NCBI GenBank assembly: GCA_016748015.1
Contig: JAAOMT010000261.1
Location: forward strand, 136,733 to 200,732
Direction: 5' to 3'
DNA length: 64,000 nt
Source of the DNA: Geosiphon pyriformis uo1
Taxonomy: Eukaryota > Fungi > Glomeromycota
The stretch's first letter is position 1. Each line of letters opens with the position of its first letter. Under the pieces are notes generated by a model. It was not told the origin of the DNA. It saw only the letters and a program-made list of their open reading frames with translations, and did not search any database. Of the stretch, positions 55,580-64,000 are shown piece after piece. The translations under genes and the position numbers were made by a program.

Positions 55580-58500
55580 ATGGGTGATTACTCATATCTG
55601 CCACAGCAATCAGAAGAACACTTTGCAGCACACAACAGAAATGATTAAAGTTTCATTGAACTTAATTCTCTGCCCTTCTGCTTGATCTGCTTCTCCCTTG
55701 AAGAACAATTCAGTAGACAATTCCAAGACTTTTGGAACTGGTTCCTGAACAAGCATTCAGCTGAAACCTACACAGCTTATACAACCTATTACTTTGACCA
55801 AGCTTATTTTGAAAATGACTTTGAAGAAAGAAACAACAGTATCAATCAGCTCTTATATTCTACAATCTTTAAACAACAGCCCCCTGATTTCGAATATCTG
55901 AATCATCAAATCCACATTTAGATTGCTGCCCATCAATCAACAGTAACTCCCCTTGAAACAGAAGAAGAAAGCTACCAAACAGCCCCTATTTTTGATTTTT
56001 TCTTAAGTGAATCAGAGCACTTCACACAAACAGTAACTCCTGAACCAATGGCCCAAGATCCAATACAAGTAAACATCTTGGCTGCCCTTTAAGGCATACA
56101 AACTGCTTTGGGACAAAGAAACAACACTCCACTACCCCTATTCAGAGGTGATGCCCAAGATCCAATTGAATGGGTAGATGATTTTGAAAGAGCAGCCACT
56201 GCAAACCAGTATGATGATGAATACAAGTTCCAAATCATTGGTGGCTACCTCCAAGGCTCCCCTGCTACCTGGTTTTCACAAGAAACCAATGCTAGTGTTC
56301 AACAAAGAATTGTTAGATGGACTTCAGCAAATATTGGAGAAAACAACACCTCTTTTACTACCCGATTTGAAAACAAATTCAGAACCCCCATCTTAATATC
56401 CAAATGGCATATGAAATTAGAAAGAAGAACCCAAGGTCCTGGTGAAATTGTGACCAAATATGCCAAAGCAATCAGAAAACTCATCAAGTGTGTAGACTCT
56501 GGTAGAAACTAAACTAAAGAGCAAAAGATCCACTCCTTCACAAAAGGATTGAGAACTGATTTATCATATGCTCTTTGGTTTCTCTTGGCTCTGAAAGACA
56601 ATCCTACAATAAATATGGCTATTGAACTCGCCCAAAGGATTGAAGATAACCAAAGGATACATTTGGGATCCACACTTTCAATTTTCGCTTCTGCTCCTGT
56701 TATGGCCCCTGCTTCTCAAGTGGCTGCTACTTCTTTTACTGTCCAAATCCAAGACCCAAATGAACAATTGATAGATAGACTCACAGCTAACCTTGCCCGG
56801 TTATTAGAACTGTTGGTACAAGCAGTCAGAGATAACCAGCAATCACCAAGACCTAGATATGAACCTCATTTTAACCAGCCCTAGCAATCTCCCTATCAAA
56901 GACAGCAAAATTGTGGCCCACCTGTGTGCTATTATTGTGAATTAACTGGATATTATTCAAGAGATTGTAACAATTCTCCACTGCCTCCACCAGTCTCCAG
57001 AAACAATGATGCTCAGAACAACAGGATTAACAACAACAATATGCCCAATCAAAGACCCAATCATGCCAACATCAATTTCTTTGGAGAGGATCCCCTAGTT
57101 GAAGCCACTGTTTATTAGCCTTTAAAACTGGTAGGCGCATCTCCAAAGAGTGAGAGTGCAAGCCAACCAGAAGAAAACCTTTTTTACGCTTTTAACTTAA
57201 CTAATAATAATCATGACATGGATGAACTAGCAATCAACACCTCAGAACCAACCAGAAAGAAGAAGAAAGCCAAGGTTGATTTCGTTCTAGACCCCAACAA
57301 AGCCTCAACTTCTGCTGCTGATAACAATGAGCCACCAAAGGCTAAAATTTTTAAGAATCCTCCAAAGTTGGAACTCCCAGAAATTGTACAAAAATCTGGA
57401 CCCTATTCCATTGTCAAAGATCTCATGGAAACCCCAGCACATATTACCTTTGGCCAGTTAATGACCCACTCACAGTTCAGAAAAGATCTTTGCAAATCTT
57501 TGATTCCAAAGAAGAAGACACCAAAAACCAACAAGCACTCTTACCAAGCTGGACTTGCTGATAACAGCAATATTACCCCTCTGATTTATAAAGCCCAAGT
57601 GGCTGAATACTTCATTGACTTAATTCTGGACAGTGAATTATCTGTTAGTGTCATTGCCAAACACTTTTTGGAAGCAATTTGTAGAAAGATTGATGAACCT
57701 TCCACCAGACTAATGACCAATGTACATGGTGACAAAAAGAAAGGACTGGGTATTGCCAAAGCTGTTTCTGTCCATATCAATGGAATTAGCATTGAAACTG
57801 ACATAGAAGTTTCTGAAGCCAAGGAATACACCATCATTGTTGGCAATGAATGGTTCAAGAAAGCAAAAGCTTTGCTTGATTATGAACTTTGTGAATTAAC
57901 CATCAGATGTGATGAGAAACTCATTGTGATTAAGTGTCACCATTGGACAACTCTTCCAGTACCCAAACAAAACCAAGAAGAAGAACAATCAAATGAATCA
58001 GATAATGAAGAGAGCGATGAAGAAGAAGAACAAAAAGAGCAAAAAGAAACTGCTGAATTCGCCTATACCACTTTCACCAGCAATAGCAAACCACTGGACA
58101 ATGTTAAAGCAGACAAAGAAGGAATCATTGTAAATGGCAAACTGATCTGCTGGCCTTATTATGATATTCTTAGAAGAACCTTTGAAAGAAAACTTGGCAA
58201 AAAAGCCAAATACAGTTTTTGGTGGCATGGTCTTTGTGCCCAGTATTGGTGCAACAAACCCTTGTATTCTCCAAGTGATGAATGCAAATTATGTCTGATC
58301 TATTACAGAGATTGGGAACCAATCAGTTTGATATCCAGAGAAGAATTAAAAGAAATACAGAAGTCCTTTGAGAATGAACCATCTGAGATTCAATCACTGG
58401 TTGTAGAACAAAAAGAACTCTTTCCAGAAGAAAAAAAAATAGACATTGAAAATTTGCTGGCTAGAAATAGCCCAGTTATCTCCAAAGAAGATGATACCCC

Positions 58501-59815
58501 TGGATGTACCCATGTGATACAACACACCATTATCACCAGAGAAACTCGACCCATCTATTTGAAGCCTTATCAATCCAATCGGCACAATGATAAGTTTATT
58601 AAGAAAGAGATAAACCAAATGAAAGAACTTGGATTCATACAAGAAACCAAGAGTGAATGGGCTTTCCCAGTTGTAGTGGTATCCAAGAAAGGTGGAACAC
58701 TACACTTCTGTGTCAACTATTGCCAATTAAATGCCATCACTGAAAGAAACATGTACTCACTTCCTAAGATTGATGCAATGTTAGATCAATTCAAAGATGC
58801 TGCTTTCTTTTCAACCATTAACTTAACTGCTGGATTCTGGCAAGTAGAGATGGATCCAGAAAGCAGAAAAAAAACTGCTTTCATCACCAAGTATGGCACC
58901 TATGAATTCATAGTTATGCCTTTTGGTCTTACCAACACTCCTCTCATCTTTCAATGCTTAATGGATAAAGTATTTGAATCAGTCAAGAAAAACTTTGTTC
59001 TAGTTTATTTGGACGACATAATGGTATACTCAAAAACCTGGAATGAACACCTGGAACATTTGCAAAAAATTTTTGATCTCCTCAGAAATGCTGGCCTCAA
59101 GATCAACCCAATCAAATCTTTCTTTGGAAGACAATCCACCCAGTTCCTTGGTTATTTTATTACAAAAGATAGAATCTTTCCTGACCCAGCCAAAATTGAA
59201 AAAGTCCAAAACATCAAACAACCAATGAACATTTATGAACTATGCTCTTTTCTTGGTTTGGTCTCTTATTATTGCAAATTTGTCAAGGATTTCTTTAAAA
59301 TTGCCTTTCTTCTTAATCAGCTACTCAGGAAAAATGTCAATTACCATTGGGGAACACATCAACAAAAAGCCTTTGAAACTTTAAAGGAAAAACTGGTTAC
59401 AGAACCCATCCTCAAGCAACCTAATTTAAATTGACTCTTTATCCTTCACACTGATGCATCTGGCTTTGGACTTGGTGCTGTTCTCTCCCAGAAAGATGAA
59501 AATGGCAAAAAACATGCCATAGCCTATGCCAGTAGAACCCTTTTCCCAGCAGAACAGAACTATTCAGTTACTGAACAAGAATGCTTAGCAGTAGTATGGT
59601 CTACTAGTTACTGGAGTAAGTATCTTCTTGGTGTAAAGTTTTTGGTGGTAATAAATCACCAAGCTTTGGTTTGGCTGCACAACAAAAAGAGGCTAAAACA
59701 CAAACAGATAACTTGCTGGATACTCCACTTGGATGAATTTTACTATAATATTCAATATTGCAAAGGAGCTAATCATTAAAACGCTAATGCTCTCTCCAGA
59801 TTTACCATTCAGTGA
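55580..59815 (+). pseudogene. Single-frame gag-pol of D (capsid, Zn knuckle, protease, RT, RNase H); ends before integrase
   Basis: All ORF pieces share one frame: FRGDAQDPIEW, CYYCELTGYYSRDC, LILDS, MPFGL, YLDD, LHTDASGFGLGAVL, NANALSR. Confidence 0.92.
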
Positions 59816-59876
59816 CAGAACAAACCTCTTAAACTAAACCAACTTAATTATTAATAATTCCCCCTTTTTAACAAAC

Positions 59877-61195
59877 ATGATAATAAACTTGGACAACTAC
59901 TCTGCCTTAATAAAATTTTTGGATAAAGGACAATACCCACCGAAATACACATGACAACAAAGAGAACATTTGTGCAAACAATCAAATTTCTATTTGATTT
60001 GTCAGAACCAACTTTATAAAAGAAATAGAAAAGATCCTAACTGCCCCCAGAAAGTCATCAGATTTAAAGAAAGAGAAATTGTGATTTACAATATGCACAC
60101 TGATCCATTAGCTGGACACTTTGGAAAAACAAAAACAATTCAGAAAACTTTAGCTCACTATTATTGGCCTATTTTAGGAAAAGACATTGCTGAATACATC
60201 AAAACCTGTAATATCTGCCAAAGAAGAGGAAAACCCAATCACAAAGAAGATATCCATCCAATCTCTGTTGGTCAACCCTTTGACAAAATTGGTATAGATG
60301 TTGTTGGACCTTTAACAATAACTCCTGATGACAACAGATACATTATCACAGCTACCGACTATCTTACAAAATAGGTAGAAGCAAGAGCCACTCCAGACCA
60401 AACAGCAGTCTCAATAGCCAATTTCATTTATGAAGATATTATTTGTCACCATGGCTGCTCCAAAGAACTTTTATCTGACAGAGAAAGAGCTTTTCTCAAT
60501 ATACTTGTTGAAGAACTTTGCAGAAAAATGGGAATACATCACAAACTTTCCTTTTCTTATCACCTCCAAACAAATGGCCTAGTAGAACATTTCAATAGAA
60601 CACTATGTGAAACCCTAGCCAAAACCAGTGAAGAAACAAACTTATGGGACAAAGTACTGCCTTCAGCTTTGTTTGCTTATAAAACTGTGAATTATGACAT
60701 AACAAGTTATGAACTCTTTTATCTACTCTATGAATGAATGGCAACCTTACCAATAAAAACTGACATTGAAACAATACTCTTTGAAAAAATAACAATAGGG
60801 AATTACAAAAACATTTTGCAAAGAAGACTTGGTACCATTTTTGACTCATTAGTAGAAACATGAATAATTGCCTTTGAAAAGATAAAACAATTCCAAGAAA
60901 AGCTAAGAAAAAGAAAACATATAAAACACTTTCTTTAAGTGTTGGCGACTTAGTTTTAGAATACTGTTTAGACAGAGACAATGTCTATGGTAATAAATTC
61001 TCTAGCTGGTGGAAAAGACCCTTTATAGTCAACAAAGTTTTGAACAATGGTTCTTATATCTTACAAGATCAATATGGAACAATCTTCAATGATTGCCCTG
61101 TTCATGGCACATGACTTAAGAAATATCACAAACAACCTGATTGGTTACCTGTTGTGATAATACCGACCCAAAGGATCAACAAAAATCAGATATAA
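59877..61195 (+). pseudogene. Stand-alone DDE integrase ORF of D
   Basis: Own ATG in +1 frame; HTDPLAGH..CNIC, GIDVVGP, LSD, NGLVEHFNRTL, GPF-like C-terminal module. Confidence 0.88.
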
Positions 61196-61236
61196 ATAAA
61201 TGCACCATTCCCAAAACAGAGGTATCTTTAATCGAC

Positions 61237-61893
61237 ATGAACAATTATTTCCTAGATCAAAACATTCAAAACACTTTCTACATTCTCCATGAATACTGGA
61301 TCAAAAATTATCCAAATGCTACTCTGACTATTGGAAAACAAACCACCATAACTGATAACAGTGGAACACATACTGTTATTAGACCAAAGAAAACCACTAC
61401 CAGAAGAGAAAAAATTGGTAGCAAAATAGATAAGTATTTGCTGGAAAGCATAACAGCAGCAATACTTACACCTTCCATGACAATTGAAAAAATGATTAAG
61501 GAAATCTTGTTCATAGACAAAAACTTGTCATATGGAAGACAACTAGAACTCTATGGTCATCTTGGTGAAATCATAGAAGAAATGAAGCTCATGAAGAAAA
61601 CAACTTCAAAGATACAAGTGAAAATTTTGGGTATTATATGTTTAGATGTCCCAAGAGTTTTGACCATTGCAAAAAAAGCCAAAACTTTTATACAAAAATT
61701 TGGTCTCTTGGATACAAAGCTTATTTTGCCTCAAGTATTATACACTCTATCCACAAATGACTTCAACAAACTAGTTAGTTTTGAGTTAGACAAAATCTTT
61801 CAATTAGAATACCTTATAAATAGCTTGATTTTGCCGGAGCTCAATCTTTTTGAAGAAGATGATGTTATGGTTAAAATCCATAATTTTTATTAG
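61237..61893 (+). CDS. ORF3 of D, 218 aa, intact, unknown function; overlaps PPT and 3' LTR
   Basis: Uninterrupted frame; motif pattern shared with ORF3 of B and E. Confidence 0.65.
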   Translation: MNNYFLDQNIQNTFYILHEYWIKNYPNATLTIGKQTTITDNSGTHTVIRPKKTTTRREKIGSKIDKYLLESITAAILTPSMTIEKMIKEILFIDKNLSYGRQLELYGHLGEIIEEMKLMKKTTSKIQVKILGIICLDVPRVLTIAKKAKTFIQKFGLLDTKLILPQVLYTLSTNDFNKLVSFELDKIFQLEYLINSLILPELNLFEEDDVMVKIHNFY

Positions 61894-64000
61894 TTATCAC
61901 ATGTATTAGCCACTGATGTCATATAATTAGCCACTCTATTTTTAGATAGTGATCATTGACCTGATCATTGATCTAGTTGTTGACCACTTTCATTAGCTAT
62001 ATAAGCAATGAGTCTCTTAGCTGTAGAAAATCATCTCTCAGACAAGAATCAAATAAATAAAAATAACAACTTTCATCTTAATTATTCTCTTATCACTAAT
62101 TTTTTTTTCCCTACCTTCAAGTATCTGAACATCTTAGGATAAAAGATTACTTGTTGGCTTTTTCCTGTTTGAATAATTGTAGTATTTGAAGCCTATTTGT
62201 ATAAACGTAACTGAAGAGCACAAGTTGATACCTGATATTGAATTCTAAGAGCACTGATGTGAAGACATAGAATTAATACCAGTAGTGATTAATTGTTGAC
62301 AGTACAGACTATTCCTCTATCTTCAGATTCTCCAGTTACCTTTAAAAAGAATAACAACTAAGATATTTTATGAGACTGATCTTACACATTAAATCCATAC
62401 TCATTCAATTCGCTCTTTAAAGTTGAATTCCCCTTTGATTATTTTTATCACCCTACAATCCTGTTCTCCCTTGCTATCTATTAGCTTGTTACTCCAACAC
62501 ATAACAGTAGTTTGTAAGCTCCATTTCCTAAAGCTTTGTGTATGTGGAATGGACTGTTCCACTTTGGGTCAAACTTTCCACTCCACTGTTTCTTAGCTTT
62601 TGTATAATATAACAGTACCTGGTCTCCAATCTTGAATTTCATTGGTTGTTTAGATAGGTGATTGTCATGTCTTTTCTTTTGTTGTTTTTGAACATTATTA
62701 ATGTTATCAGCTTGTTTTTCAATTGTTTTCTAATGTTTCTATTAACTGGTACGTTCTGTGGTACAAGGTAGCTTTAAAATTCTTTTCATTGATTGTTTCT
62801 GTTGGGTAGAACAATATTTCTCATTCAATAGGTAACATAGCTTTCCTTCCATAGACTAGTTCGAATGGTGTGAAGTGTATCGTATTTTGCTTTAGTGTTC
62901 GGTATGCAAAGAGTACTGAAAGTATGAATAAGTTCTATTCTTGTTTGTTTTCTTGACTTATTTTTACTAGTGCTTTACACAATGTTTGGTTAAACTGTTC
63001 TACCAGTCCGTTAGTTTGTGGATATGATAATGATAAAGAATGTTTTATACCAAACTATTGGCTTAATTCTGTTAACGTATTATTGACAAAATGTATTCCT
63101 TGATTGGATAACAATTTTTTTGGACATCCATGTCGGCAAATTAGGTCTTGATGTACGAACTCAGCTACTGTTTTGGCATTGGCCACTTGAATTGGTTTGG
63201 CTTCTGGTCATTTTGTAAGATAATCAATGGCTACAGTGATATACTGATTTCCTTTGGATGTAATTGAGAGAAAACCAACCAAATCAATCCCAATTCTATC
63301 AAATGGATTTTCAACTGGAATGGGTCAAAGTGGTTCTGTTGATCTTGCTTCTCCTTTTCACTGGCATGTGTCACAATTGAGTACGTATTCAAAAATGTCT
63401 TTGTACATCATTGGCCAATAGTATAAATTTAGTGTTCTTTCAAGGGTAGCATCTTTGTTAAAGTGTTTTGACATTGGATCTGAGTGCATGCTATATAGTA
63501 TAGTTTCTCTTTTACTGTCCTTGATTAGTTGTTGTGGGGTGGGGTGGTTTTGGCGTTCTTGTCAATATAGTTAGTTGTCTTAAATAAAATAATTTTGGGC
63601 TTGTTTTCTTATGGTACTTTGTTCCTGTTGAAATAATATCTCCTTGAAATGTAGTGTTGATAGGTACTAATGTAGTCATTAATAAGTGAGTGTGTCCATG
63701 GGTCTGGGATTAGGTTTGTGGCATTCTTGACAAACTGTTGGCATTGATGTTCTTGGATTCTTCTTTGTAATAGACTTTAAGTGGGAATTGTTGCAGATAA
63801 GTACTCCATCTTGCATATTTTCCTTCTAATTGTGGATTATTGAGTAACCAAATAAGTCTTTTGTGATCGGTATATAGGTCAAATAGTTGACTGAGGTAAT
63901 GTTTTCAAGTCTGTATAGCCCAATAAATGGCAAGGCATTCCAGATCTGTTGTGCTGTAATTTTTTTCTGCTGGGCTCATGTTGTAACTGGTGTAGGCAAC

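Larger units (their letters stand above)
54905..62506 (+). mobile_element. Complete Gypsy element D: LTRs 54905-55527 and 61863-62506, TSD GTAG
   Basis: TGTTAT..ATAACA LTR pair; GTAG at 54901-54904 and 62507-62510; PBS TGGTGCTCCCTGTGAGG at 55534; PPT GAAGAAGATGA. Confidence 0.96.
52867..64000 (-). mobile_element. Gypsy element B- (B family): 3' LTR 52867-53901, ORF3 53916-54650, IN split by D, RNase H at right edge
   Basis: Reverse complement closely matches B+ from RNase H to the 3' LTR; continuity across D is restored by removing one GTAG. Confidence 0.92.

Noticed and set aside
61141-61893. ORF3 as an env gene
   Set aside because: No signal peptide, furin site or C-terminal TM segment; too short.

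Overview
Eukaryotic DNA, almost certainly fungal; intron style and transposon landscape suggest an early-diverging fungus such as Glomeromycotina (inference). The first ~12.3 kb holds three intact intron-rich genes: Blm10/PA200 (minus, runs off the left edge, two U12-type introns), a single-TM LEA_2-like protein (minus) and LETM1/Mdm38 (plus). The other ~52 kb is a transposon cluster. It has two full-length head-to-head LINEs (CCHC ORF1; APE-RT-RNase H-Zn finger ORF2), LINE remnants, near-pure AT 'ghost' DNA, and a nest of seven Ty3/Gypsy-type insertions that I label E, A1, A2, B+, C, B- and D. 4-bp TSDs are seen for B+, C and D. Best candidate for an undescribed system is the LTR-element architecture: (i) Pol stops after RNase H and integrase is a separate ORF in three families; (ii) a conserved non-env third ORF of ~220-245 aa lies next to the 3' LTR; (iii) one family has a dUTPase and extra Cys-rich modules between protease and RT; (iv) gag lacks an ATG after the PBS and may be spliced to an exon inside the 5' LTR through an intron that removes the PBS. 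All repeats show strong C>T/G>A erosion that spares host genes. All alignments and translations were done by eye; no database searches were run.
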